From IMG/VR virus record IMGVR_UViG_3300017694_000001, positions 1 to 58,910 of that record: 58,910 nt of DNA. One strand, written 5' to 3'. Shown piece after piece: positions 14,878 to 22,992 of the stretch. Below the pieces are notes generated by a model. It ran no database searches, had not been told where the DNA came from, and saw nothing but the letters and a program-made list of their open reading frames with translations. The first letter of the stretch is position 1. Every line of letters begins with the position of its first letter. Both the position numbers and the translations under genes were made by a program. Source of the DNA: a virus.

Positions 14878-15641
14878 AGCCGGGCCTACACTTGGGCTGT
14901 TGCCTCGACCTCATGCGCGCCTTGCCCGCCGCCAGCGTACACCTCATAATCTGTGATAGTCCTTATGCGAACACGGATTTGGCCTTTGACAAGCAGCCGA
15001 TTGATTGGCCTGCTTGGTGGATAGAGGCAAGGCGGGTGCTGGCGCCGACTGGCGTAATAGTTTGCTTTGCTGCCGAGGCGTTTACGTTGGACTTAATTGC
15101 CAGCAATCGGGAGTGGTACCGGTACCGGCGCGTATGGGTAAAGAGCAAAGCTAGCCGCTACCTTGACGCAGAATGGCGGCCCCTAGCGGCCCACGAAGAT
15201 GTAATAATCTTTGCCCCAGCCATTAGGAGCGCGACCTACAATGCGCAGAAAACAACTTATACTGGCCCACCCAAAAGCACGAAACGCAAGGATACGAAGC
15301 AAAGCCACTATAAGAGCCAACGCTTTGCTGCTGAGTACAAAGATGATGGTACCCGGCACCCCACAACGATACTCAGCTTTGCCAGTGTCGGTACCACGGC
15401 CCCGCACTTCAACCCAACAGCCAAGCCGCTGGCCCTCATTCAAGACCTGGTGCTAACCTACTCGAACCGGGGCGACACGGTACTGGAGCCCTTTGCTGGC
15501 GACGCACCCACCGCCCACGCCTGCCAGAACACCGGCCGTACCTACTACGGTGCTGAAATCAACCTGCAGCAATACGAATGGTCGGCGGCCCACCTAGCCC
15601 GCAAAGCCCCGCTTTTCGCCCTTGAACCTGTAACCGCTTAG
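14874..15641 (+). CDS. DNA methyltransferase (N6-adenine/N4-cytosine, beta class), orphan
   Basis: 255 aa. Motif IV CDSPY (DPPY-like) near the N-terminus and motif I VLEPFAGDAPTA near the C-terminus, the order typical of the N6_N4_Mtase family. No adjacent nuclease. Confidence 0.85.
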   Translation: MKPGLHLGCCLDLMRALPAASVHLIICDSPYANTDLAFDKQPIDWPAWWIEARRVLAPTGVIVCFAAEAFTLDLIASNREWYRYRRVWVKSKASRYLDAEWRPLAAHEDVIIFAPAIRSATYNAQKTTYTGPPKSTKRKDTKQSHYKSQRFAAEYKDDGTRHPTTILSFASVGTTAPHFNPTAKPLALIQDLVLTYSNRGDTVLEPFAGDAPTAHACQNTGRTYYGAEINLQQYEWSAAHLARKAPLFALEPVTA

Positions 15642-15644
15642 ATT

Positions 15645-16382
15645 ATGGAACCCCAACAACTTATCCCAATCGACAAAAGCCAGGGCGGCAAAGACGTGGT
15701 AAGCGCCCGCCTCCTGCACCAGTTTCTTGAAGTCGGCACCGAGTTCGCTAAATGGTTCACCCGGCGCGTTGAAGAATACGGCTTCGTGGAAGGTGCCGAC
15801 TTTTCGTCAAGTTTGGCGGAAAGTACTGGCGGCCGTCAGGCTCAGGAGTTTGCCATTACCCTGGACATGGCAAAGGAGCTTTCAATGGTAGAGCGCACCG
15901 AAAAAGGCCAGCAGGCCCGCCGCTACTTCATTGACTGCGAAAAGCAGCTGCGTGGGCTGGCTGAGGCCCCGCGCCCAGCGCTACCTGGCACCTATCGCGA
16001 AGCATTGGTTGCGCTGCTGGCCGAGGTGGAGCAAAAAGAGGTGCTGGAGCAGCAGTTGGCCCTTGCTGCACCCAAACTGGCCTTCGTCGCCTCCATAGAT
16101 GCCAGTCGAAACGCCGTGAGTTTTGCTCAGGCGGCCAAGTACCTGAAAATTGCCGGCTGCGAGGGCCGTAACAAACTCATCAACCGCCTGCGAGTGGAAG
16201 GCATATTAATGAGAAATCGGGAGCCTTACCAACGTCACATCGACGCAGGCCGATTTGAGGTGCAGCCCCAAACATTCAAGGCAGGGCAGAAAGGCGAACG
16301 TATTACAGGCACTACGAAAGTAACTCCTCGGGGCTTACAGTGGCTTGCGAAGCGGCTGCGCGGTGAGGCAACAGAAGATTAA
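15645..16382 (+). CDS. Phage antirepressor (AntA/AntB N-terminal plus KilAC C-terminal domains)
   Basis: 245 aa. ..VVSARLLHQFLEVGTEFAKWFTRRVEEYGFVEGADF.. and ..EFAITLDMAKELSMVERTEKGQQARRYFI.., then ..KLAFVASIDASRNAVSFAQAAKYL... Confidence 0.8.
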   Translation: MEPQQLIPIDKSQGGKDVVSARLLHQFLEVGTEFAKWFTRRVEEYGFVEGADFSSSLAESTGGRQAQEFAITLDMAKELSMVERTEKGQQARRYFIDCEKQLRGLAEAPRPALPGTYREALVALLAEVEQKEVLEQQLALAAPKLAFVASIDASRNAVSFAQAAKYLKIAGCEGRNKLINRLRVEGILMRNREPYQRHIDAGRFEVQPQTFKAGQKGERITGTTKVTPRGLQWLAKRLRGEATED

Positions 16383-16387
16383 CTATC

Positions 16388-16437
16388 TATGACACAAAGG
16401 GCAAGCTATTTTTTTGTCCTTTGTGTCATATTTATTT
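16388..16437 (+). terminator. Strong hairpin followed by T-rich tract (terminator/regulatory)
   Basis: TATGACACAAAGG (16388..16400) pairs with CCTTTGTGTCATA (16418..16430), followed by TTTATTT. Confidence 0.6.
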
Positions 16438-16471
16438 GATAGTTGACTTGCTTTGTATCATATATGTGTGA

Positions 16472-16479
16472 TACATTTG
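16472..16479 (+). promoter_or_regulatory. -7 box TACATTTG (TAnnTTTG), overlapped by inverted repeat GTATCA-N8-TGATAC
   Basis: Perfect consensus 50 nt upstream of the ATG at 16529. The inverted repeat is 16455..16460 / 16469..16474. Confidence 0.45.
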
Positions 16480-16528
16480 TCTTAGTTATAAGAAACACCA
16501 CCCCACCACCCCCTACCTCCTTACTGCC

Positions 16529-16957
16529 ATGACCGCCGCCGCCGAAACAAAGAATGTGGTATCAATGCCCACCAAGGCCAACGGCAACCAGCCCTGGCAG
16601 TGCATGGTGTGCGGGGCTACCATGGAGTACGCCCAGCCGATTAGCCTTAGCGTGATGTGCGAGAAGTTGGGGGCGTTCATCAGCAACCACGCCCACCTGC
16701 CGCTGCCCGACTACGCGCCCCGCACGCTGGTAACACTCACCAGTCGCCGATTTGACCGGGAGCCCCGCACCGTTGAAATCATGCGCCTTGTGCCGGGCAC
16801 TGCCTGCTATTTAGTGGATTTACTGAATGGCTCATCCCGCCGCGGCGACTGGACTGCCTACGCCACCGCTAGCGAGTTGAGCGACTACGACCAGAAGTTG
16901 GTCGATGCCGAGCACCGGGCCGCGCAAGAAGAGTGGGACGAGCGCAACCCGCGGTAG
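16529..16957 (+). CDS. Hypothetical protein
   Basis: 142-aa track ORF. Contains a CxxC (WQCMVCG). Confidence 0.55.
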   Translation: MTAAAETKNVVSMPTKANGNQPWQCMVCGATMEYAQPISLSVMCEKLGAFISNHAHLPLPDYAPRTLVTLTSRRFDREPRTVEIMRLVPGTACYLVDLLNGSSRRGDWTAYATASELSDYDQKLVDAEHRAAQEEWDERNPR

Positions 16958-16959
16958 CC

Positions 16960-17325
16960 ATGCTACGCCGCTACACGTCGCTAGCCCGCACCGGCCGCCT
17001 GCTGCCAGTGAGCAAAAACCAAGCAAATCAAAAGCGCGAGCAGGCCAAGGCCTATGCTGGGGCCCCGACCTCTGATTGCTGCGAGGTCTGCGAGCGCTAC
17101 GGGCCCGTCGAGCACAGTCACCTTTTCACCCAGAAGCAGCACCCCGCCCACCGGGCCAACCCGCTGAACTGGCTGCTCAAATGCCGAGCCTGCCACACGC
17201 TATGGGAAGACAACAAGCGAACCTTTGCTGCCCGCTACCCCAAGGCGTGGACGCAGATTCTCAACCAGATGCAGCAGGTCAATCCCCAGGCATACGCCTT
17301 TTTTCGGCACAAGAACCCCTACTAG
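16960..17325 (+). CDS. HNH-endonuclease-like protein
   Basis: 121 aa from the ATG at 16960. ..CCEVCE..VEHSHLF..ANPLNWLLKCRACH.. gives a CxxC..H..N..CxxCH pattern. Confidence 0.5.
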   Translation: MLRRYTSLARTGRLLPVSKNQANQKREQAKAYAGAPTSDCCEVCERYGPVEHSHLFTQKQHPAHRANPLNWLLKCRACHTLWEDNKRTFAARYPKAWTQILNQMQQVNPQAYAFFRHKNPY

Positions 17326-17405
17326 CCCGCCCCTCTCTGCCGACCTAGGGCACGGCCAACATTTCATCTTTTAGAGCTGGCCCGGCTATCAGGAGGGCGC
17401 GAAAT

Positions 17406-17627
17406 ATGACTAAGCGTCAAGCAAAAGTAGCCTCTGACCTGATTAACGGCTCCTATCTCGCAATGGCAGACCATCCCAACTATATCCCAGGAGCAAAAAA
17501 GGAGGATGATGCGGAGAAGATAGTTGCCGCAACCAATGACCTGGGCTGGAAAATTCTGCACCGCTATGGCTTTGAGCGTGCGCTGTCGCTGGAATCAGCC
17601 TACCAGTACGCCATCGAAAACTACTAG
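17406..17627 (+). CDS. Hypothetical protein
   Basis: 73-aa track ORF with ATG start. Confidence 0.5.
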   Translation: MTKRQAKVASDLINGSYLAMADHPNYIPGAKKEDDAEKIVAATNDLGWKILHRYGFERALSLESAYQYAIENY

Positions 17628-17673
17628 CCGCCCGCCTCCCCTCCCTATACAGAAACACAGCCGCGCCGCCGCC

Positions 17674-17844
17674 ATGCTTTGCTGCCTTGAGAATATGCAG
17701 GCCACGCTATTGCCTGCCCGCCTCCGCAAATACCCGCTAAAGCCTTGCATTGGCAGCTGCCCTTTCTGGCTCTACGCTACCAGCCGGGGGCGCAGCAAAA
17801 TGCTCCGGTCGGCCCGCCAAGCAACCATCCTCTCAAGTCTGTAG
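17674..17844 (+). CDS. Small hypothetical protein (56 aa)
   Basis: ATG in a GCCGCCGCC-ATG context. This is the C-terminal part of track ORF 17524..17844. Confidence 0.4.
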   Translation: MLCCLENMQATLLPARLRKYPLKPCIGSCPFWLYATSRGRSKMLRSARQATILSSL

Positions 17845-17851
17845 CCCCGCC

Positions 17852-18079
17852 ATGACCGACGCCGCTGAATACGCCGCCCGCTCCCTCTTCCAAGCACAGC
17901 GCACCGGAGAGCCCGAAGCCCTGAGCCTGCTGAGCCGCCAGCAGGCCGCCGCCCGCTTCCGCGCCCACAACACCCGGGCCAACGACTACGCCAACCACCT
18001 GGCGGCCCTGCCGGCTGACCCGGTCGAGGCCCGCCGCCAAGAAAACGAAATAGGAAACGCCCACTACTCCCACTCCTAA
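17852..18079 (+). CDS. Hypothetical protein (75 aa)
   Basis: Junction reads TAG-CCCCGCC-ATG. This is the C-terminal part of track ORF 17750..18079. Confidence 0.5.
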   Translation: MTDAAEYAARSLFQAQRTGEPEALSLLSRQQAAARFRAHNTRANDYANHLAALPADPVEARRQENEIGNAHYSHS

Positions 18080-18094
18080 CCCGTCTGTGCCGCC

Positions 18095-18919
18095 ATGAAA
18101 CCGCAATTAACTGCTGGCCTTTTGGCCCTATCCGCCCATATCGGCCAAGAAGATACGCTTGCTGCCGACTTACAAGCCCTGCCCTTCTTTCGCAGCTTTG
18201 AACGGGGTAATTCCCCTATGCGTGTAAGCGGGTGGTTGAGCCAGTCGCAAACGTGTGCTACCTCTTTAGCTAACTGCCCCGAAGATGCGCCAGTTAAATA
18301 TATGCTGGAATTCGCCCGACTGGCAGTAGATAGCGGGCTGCGAGCCTTTATGGCAGCACTAGGCTATCAAGAGTCACTGGATGAAACGCTGCACATTCGG
18401 GAGGCTGGAAGGCTGGTAGTGAAAAACGCATTCCCTAAGGTATTATCCTGCTATGCTGCTGGGGGCTTCGGAGATTTTACGCTGCATCGGCTGCCCTTCT
18501 TCAACTGGCCATCTAGCATCTTATGTGAAGACAACCCCAAGTTGTTTCTTCACAACCGCATCGGGGATGCGCTGCTGCTGACACGCCATAAGAAAGCCTA
18601 CGTTACTAAGAAGTTAGTGCAGGCCAATCCGAGAACGGCGATTCGCAACCAAAAAACAGGGAAGCCAATCAGTAAGTGGGGCAAAACTCAGTGGCAGCAA
18701 ATCACTTGGCGGCTGGGCTATACCACGGTATTCGACTTGCTGGTGCTCGCCGTTGGCGAGGCTGACGAAACCCCTGCCCCGGCTGGGCTGCACACGGCAC
18801 TGCTGCACCTCGTGAGCTACTGCGGGCAAGTATTTACTGCATACCTGGCACCGGGCGCCACCTACCAAATCGCAGGGGAAGCCTACTTCATCAAGGGCGC
18901 CACCGCTTTAGCTGCTTAG
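18095..18919 (+). CDS. Hypothetical protein
   Basis: 274-aa track ORF in a GCCGCC-ATG context. Confidence 0.6.
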   Translation: MKPQLTAGLLALSAHIGQEDTLAADLQALPFFRSFERGNSPMRVSGWLSQSQTCATSLANCPEDAPVKYMLEFARLAVDSGLRAFMAALGYQESLDETLHIREAGRLVVKNAFPKVLSCYAAGGFGDFTLHRLPFFNWPSSILCEDNPKLFLHNRIGDALLLTRHKKAYVTKKLVQANPRTAIRNQKTGKPISKWGKTQWQQITWRLGYTTVFDLLVLAVGEADETPAPAGLHTALLHLVSYCGQVFTAYLAPGATYQIAGEAYFIKGATALAA

Positions 18920-18924
18920 GAGCC

Positions 18925-19092
18925 ATGCAGCACACCACCAAGCGAATCAACCCCGTGACGGGCCAGCGCTACGAAGCGCCCCGGCTGCTCGACCAGATAG
19001 CCCGCGAACTGGCCGCCCAGCTCGCCTCTCCCTTTCCACTCGCCGGCCCCGCTACCCTACCAGGTGTAGGGGTGGGCCAGCCAAATTCTTAA
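18925..19092 (+). CDS. Small hypothetical protein (55 aa, below track cutoff)
   Basis: Hand translation MQHTTKRINPVTGQRYEAPRLLDQIARELAAQ... Starts 5 nt after the previous stop. Confidence 0.4.
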   Translation: MQHTTKRINPVTGQRYEAPRLLDQIARELAAQLASPFPLAGPATLPGVGVGQPNS

Positions 19093-19112
19093 CCCTCTTT
19101 TTCTCTACTACT

Positions 19113-19613
19113 ATGACTAACCAAGAACATTTTAACCGCAGTGTGGCAGTGCTAGTAAAGGCCTTCTTTGACGGGCGGCTAGAGTGTACTGATTGCGCCG
19201 CCTGCGCCTGCGGGAATTTAGTAGCCGCGGCAAATGGCTACAAAGTCGTGCCCCATGATTGGCTGCTTCCGAGCGGTGAGCTTGGCCCCGACGCCGAGTG
19301 GTTCGACTGCAACCGTGCCCAAGAGGGGTGGCCTTCGGATATGGCTGAGGTAACCGAGGAAGGCTTACGGCAAATTGCCAGCACGGGCTATACGACAGCC
19401 CAATTCACTCAAATAGAAGCAGGCTTTATGATGCTTAAGCATCATCAGGCTATTGAGATAGCTGCTGAGGCCTATGGCGAGGTTAAAGAAAACTGGTTTC
19501 GGCTGATGAATGTGGTCGATGTACTAGCCGACATCCACGGCATCGACCTCACCACCGCCACGGCCGCCAAAGCCCTCTTCGTGAAGCCGGCCGCCGCCCT
19601 AGCTGCTGTCTGA
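19113..19613 (+). CDS. Hypothetical protein
   Basis: 166-aa track ORF. Confidence 0.6.
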   Translation: MTNQEHFNRSVAVLVKAFFDGRLECTDCAACACGNLVAAANGYKVVPHDWLLPSGELGPDAEWFDCNRAQEGWPSDMAEVTEEGLRQIASTGYTTAQFTQIEAGFMMLKHHQAIEIAAEAYGEVKENWFRLMNVVDVLADIHGIDLTTATAAKALFVKPAAALAAV

Positions 19614-19616
19614 GCC

Positions 19617-19811
19617 ATGCAGAATCAATGCCCCTCGCTGGCCCACATCTACGGCCAGCCCTGCTTTGACTGCCACCAAGAGGCTTGCCAGACACGAGAC
19701 GAGTTGCGCCAGCAAGCCGAGCACGTCCGCCGCGAAACCCAAGCCGGGCCGCCTGCCTGCTTGCAAATACCACTCCCCAACCTTGAAGCCCTGGCTTCAC
19801 TGCCCTTCTGA
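19617..19811 (+). CDS. Hypothetical Cys-rich small protein
   Basis: 64-aa track ORF (..CPSLAHIYGQPCFDCHQEAC..). Confidence 0.45.
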   Translation: MQNQCPSLAHIYGQPCFDCHQEACQTRDELRQQAEHVRRETQAGPPACLQIPLPNLEALASLPF

Positions 19812-19814
19812 CTT

Positions 19815-19979
19815 ATGGCAAAGCAAACTATCGCCACCGCTGACCGCCGCACCGCCTGCTTCAACTGCCTAGCTGAGTGCCGCGCCAAGGGTGCCGCCGA
19901 CAAAGAGCGCAAGGAGAGCGAGAAGCGCGAAAGAGCCGCCCCCGAGGAGGCTGCTACCCCACCCACTACCCCCACCTAA
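19815..19979 (+). CDS. Small hypothetical protein (54 aa, below track cutoff)
   Basis: Hand translation MAKQTIATADRRTACFNCLAECRAKGAADKERKESEKRERAAPEE... Tightly packed between its neighbours. Confidence 0.4.
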   Translation: MAKQTIATADRRTACFNCLAECRAKGAADKERKESEKRERAAPEEAATPPTTPT

Positions 19980-19982
19980 GAG

Positions 19983-20477
19983 ATGAGCGCCCACATTCTG
20001 CCGATGTCCACACTTGAGCCGCAGCAGTACGTGGCCCTTTACCTCACCAACCCCCTGCTGCTGGCCGCCCACCCCGCCCGGATGCGGGCCACGGCCGAAG
20101 CCTGGGCAGCCGGTGGGTACGACGAAGCCGCCACGGCCGCGCTGGCAAAGACACTACACGAGCAGCGCCAGAAACTAGTACTGCGCACGGCAGTAGAGGC
20201 CAGCCAGCCGAAAGCCGAGCGCGAACTACTTGACTTGGCCGCCCACCCGCGCATCGCCAAAGACGAGCGCACTCGACTGCAAGAAAAGATAATGGGCTCG
20301 CGCCCGTCCGAATACGCCTGGCTGAAAAGCATTCTGGAGGCCGCCATTCTGGAACTGGCCGAGGCCCGTGACAGCCAAGTACTCGAATCCCAACCTGTCG
20401 CTTCGCCGCGCCGGCTCGACGTGGCCCTTGCTGCCGCTCGCGGCCTGGTAATGCCCGCCTCTCAACTCGCCGCTTAG
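19983..20477 (+). CDS. Hypothetical protein
   Basis: 164-aa track ORF. Confidence 0.6.
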   Translation: MSAHILPMSTLEPQQYVALYLTNPLLLAAHPARMRATAEAWAAGGYDEAATAALAKTLHEQRQKLVLRTAVEASQPKAERELLDLAAHPRIAKDERTRLQEKIMGSRPSEYAWLKSILEAAILELAEARDSQVLESQPVASPRRLDVALAAARGLVMPASQLAA

Positions 20478-20514
20478 CCCACACCCACCACAGTGGGGGA
20501 AACACAACAAAAAA

Positions 20515-20547
20515 GCCCGCCGAGTACGAGTCGGCGGGCCATTCTTC
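20515..20547 (+). terminator. Hairpin, possible terminator
   Basis: GCCCGCCGA (20515..20523) pairs with TCGGCGGGC (20531..20539). Only a weak T tract follows (CATTCTTC), and an A-run precedes it. Confidence 0.45.
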
Positions 20548-20569
20548 AACTCATTACTACGCTACAAAG

Positions 20570-21190
20570 ATGGAAGATTTAATTGAGAAGGTAGCCGCCC
20601 TGGCTGAATTGCAGAAGCAGGCCACCCCCGGCCCGTGGCTATTGACCACCATTAACGCTAATCCGCGTGGGTTAAGGAATTATAAGCAAGTGGTTCGGGC
20701 AACTGATACCGGCCTGCTTGGTGGCCTGCCTGTCCCGAAAACCACTATGCAACTCACCTTTGACGGTTACGGCAAAATGGAGGAGCAATCGGATGGTACG
20801 CCGGATGGCTACTGGCCGACAGCAGAGACAAAGGCGAATGCCCAATTTATCGCTACTGCTGGCTCGCTCGACTTTGCTGCCTTGCACGCCGCTCTGACCG
20901 CCCCGGCCCCCTCTTCTTCCCTCTTAGTAGGAGGGCCGCTCGATAATCTTAACGATGATTTGAGGTTTATTCTAGGCCGCCCCAACTTCTGGTGTGCGCC
21001 CTATGCCGCCGCACTGCGCACGCTTGGACAGGAGGTGCGTACTAAAGCAGAGGATGAGCAGGCTGCTACAATCCACTGGCTGCTAAAGGCATACTTGGCA
21101 GACCCAGCCAAATGGCGGGAGAATATTGGCGCTGAGCTAAAGAAGGCGGCAGAACTCGCAACGGTGAAAGGAGGCCAGCCCAATGTCTAG
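20570..21190 (+). CDS. Ead/Ea22-like protein
   Basis: 206 aa. The N-terminus ..ELQKQATPGPWLL.. resembles the ATPG(E/P)W signature seen in Ea22-like lambdoid early proteins. Confidence 0.45.
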   Translation: MEDLIEKVAALAELQKQATPGPWLLTTINANPRGLRNYKQVVRATDTGLLGGLPVPKTTMQLTFDGYGKMEEQSDGTPDGYWPTAETKANAQFIATAGSLDFAALHAALTAPAPSSSLLVGGPLDNLNDDLRFILGRPNFWCAPYAAALRTLGQEVRTKAEDEQAATIHWLLKAYLADPAKWRENIGAELKKAAELATVKGGQPNV

Positions 21191-22205
21191 CCAGCGCGAA
21201 GACCTGACCCAGGCAATCAACACGATGCAGCGCGCCATGAACGGCCCCGCTGCTGCCTACCGCCAATACCTGAGCCACCTGATTGAGGCGGCAAAACGCG
21301 AGTTGGCCGCCCCCGCTCTCTTATCTAGTGGAGGGCCGGCGCAAGAAAGCTCGGGCGAGTTGTTGGCTGAATTGCAAGTTCGCCTGCGGCATATGTGCGA
21401 GGTGCCAGCCAGTTGTGTGCTGGGGAATAGCCCCGCTACTGAACTACTTACGCTACAGGGTAAGGTTGCCAGCTTTGCCGCAGCGTGGAATAAAGCCTTC
21501 CCCGCCCTGGCCGCCGCCCCCGTCTCTACCTCTCTAGGTGGCCCCGCTCAGTTGGATAGCTTGAGTGCGTATGCCGACCTAGCTGCTGAACATGACGACG
21601 CGCTACCCCTCACGGCCACGGTTGAGGAAGGCGGCCTGATTCAACTGCACATGCGCAACGGCTTCCCGGTTGAGGCTACGCCTGAATTTGCACAGTTCGT
21701 AGCCGATGCCTGCAATCTGGCTGGTGCTGACTTCTTGGCTGACTTGCGCGCCGAAAATGCAAAAGAGGGCGTCTCTACCTCTCTAGGTGGAGGAGCCGCC
21801 GCGCCTGATTTCGCGCAATACTATGCCCCTGGGTGGCGGGCTGAGCTAGTAAAAGAAGATAAGGAGGCCCTAATTGCCCGCCTTCGGACGGCTTACATCC
21901 TGCTTGATGATTACCGCGCCAAAAATCGGGCGGCCGACCAACTACTAGTAGATAGCAGCGGGGCCGGGCCGCGCTGGGTACCGGTTGCCGAGTGGCCTGC
22001 CAAGCACTTTGAAGATGTAGAAATACTCTACGTGCTGCACAAGGGCTGGGCAAATGCAACTGCCTATTGGGATGACCTGGGCAAGCTGTGGCGGCGCACG
22101 GCGGGCGGCAACCCTATTGGCCGTGAAGTGCGCTTTGTAACCTCAGTGCCGCGCCTTCCTGAATTGCCGACTCCAAAGCCTGTCCCCGCCGATGAAGCCC
22201 ACTAG
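21183..22205 (+). CDS. Modular hypothetical protein with repeated S-T-S-L-G-G linkers
   Basis: 340 aa. Contains a 20-bp perfect direct repeat (21522..21541 and 21771..21790). Confidence 0.6.
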   Translation: MSSQREDLTQAINTMQRAMNGPAAAYRQYLSHLIEAAKRELAAPALLSSGGPAQESSGELLAELQVRLRHMCEVPASCVLGNSPATELLTLQGKVASFAAAWNKAFPALAAAPVSTSLGGPAQLDSLSAYADLAAEHDDALPLTATVEEGGLIQLHMRNGFPVEATPEFAQFVADACNLAGADFLADLRAENAKEGVSTSLGGGAAAPDFAQYYAPGWRAELVKEDKEALIARLRTAYILLDDYRAKNRAADQLLVDSSGAGPRWVPVAEWPAKHFEDVEILYVLHKGWANATAYWDDLGKLWRRTAGGNPIGREVRFVTSVPRLPELPTPKPVPADEAH

Positions 22206-22455
22206 CCGCCCCTACTCCCCCTACTGGCTGCGCCGCCCGAAAACGACAGCGCGGCCTTGGGTAGCGGAAGCCGTCTGCCTAGCCTTCGGCCTCCCGCTCA
22301 TCGTGTTCGCCTTGCTGGCTTTGGCGTGGCACTGGTGGAAGCTGGCCCTCGTGGCTTCGGTGCCCACCACCCGCCGCCTGGCTGCGGCCACCCTGCTGCT
22401 TTTCTACAAACCTCGCCCGATTGATGGCCGGCTCTACACCCTTTGTAATTCCTAA
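22192..22455 (+). CDS. Small membrane protein
   Basis: 87 aa. TM segments AVCLAFGLPLIVFALLALAW and LALVASV. Confidence 0.5.
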   Translation: MKPTSRPYSPYWLRRPKTTARPWVAEAVCLAFGLPLIVFALLALAWHWWKLALVASVPTTRRLAAATLLLFYKPRPIDGRLYTLCNS

Positions 22456-22460
22456 TAGCC

Positions 22461-22736
22461 ATGTCCGCACCCCGCACCCCGCACCCGCTTCGCCTGCCAC
22501 CCGGCCTAGTTACAGCCAAAGAAGCCCGCACAGTATTTAGCCATAACCTCAGCGCTTTCCGCCAGCGCGCAGGTCTCACGCAGACAGCCCTAGCCTTGCG
22601 AGTGGGGTTGCGGCCGGGCACGCTCAGTACTTACGAGCACGGCACTGAGCCGCCCATTGGCGTGCTGATTTGCCTGGCTAACGCGCTCAATCTGACGCTC
22701 GACCAACTGCTGCCAACCGCCGACCTCCCCAAGTAG
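22461..22736 (+). CDS. XRE-family HTH transcriptional regulator
   Basis: 91 aa. ..NLSAFRQRAGLTQTALALRVGLRPGTLSTYEHGTEPP..LICLANALNLTLDQLL... Confidence 0.75.
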   Translation: MSAPRTPHPLRLPPGLVTAKEARTVFSHNLSAFRQRAGLTQTALALRVGLRPGTLSTYEHGTEPPIGVLICLANALNLTLDQLLPTADLPK

Positions 22737-22752
22737 AGAAGCCGCCGCCGCC

Positions 22753-22992
22753 ATGACAGATTTTAAGCACGGTGACCCGGTGAAGATTCACCGTCCCGCC
22801 AAGAAAGAACACGGCTGGATAGGCCGCTACATCGAGCCCATTGAAGTAGTGCCCGGCCGGCCCCACGGCTGGGTAGCCTTCAACAAGAAAGACAAGAGCG
22901 CGCTGCCGCCTGCCGAGTATGACAAGCTGCGCCGCCAGGATGACTACCCCCGCTTGTTCTTCCCACTTAGCCAGCTAGTACGCCATGAATAA
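22753..22992 (+). CDS. Hypothetical protein
   Basis: 79-aa track ORF in a GCCGCCGCC-ATG context. Confidence 0.55.
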   Translation: MTDFKHGDPVKIHRPAKKEHGWIGRYIEPIEVVPGRPHGWVAFNKKDKSALPPAEYDKLRRQDDYPRLFFPLSQLVRHE

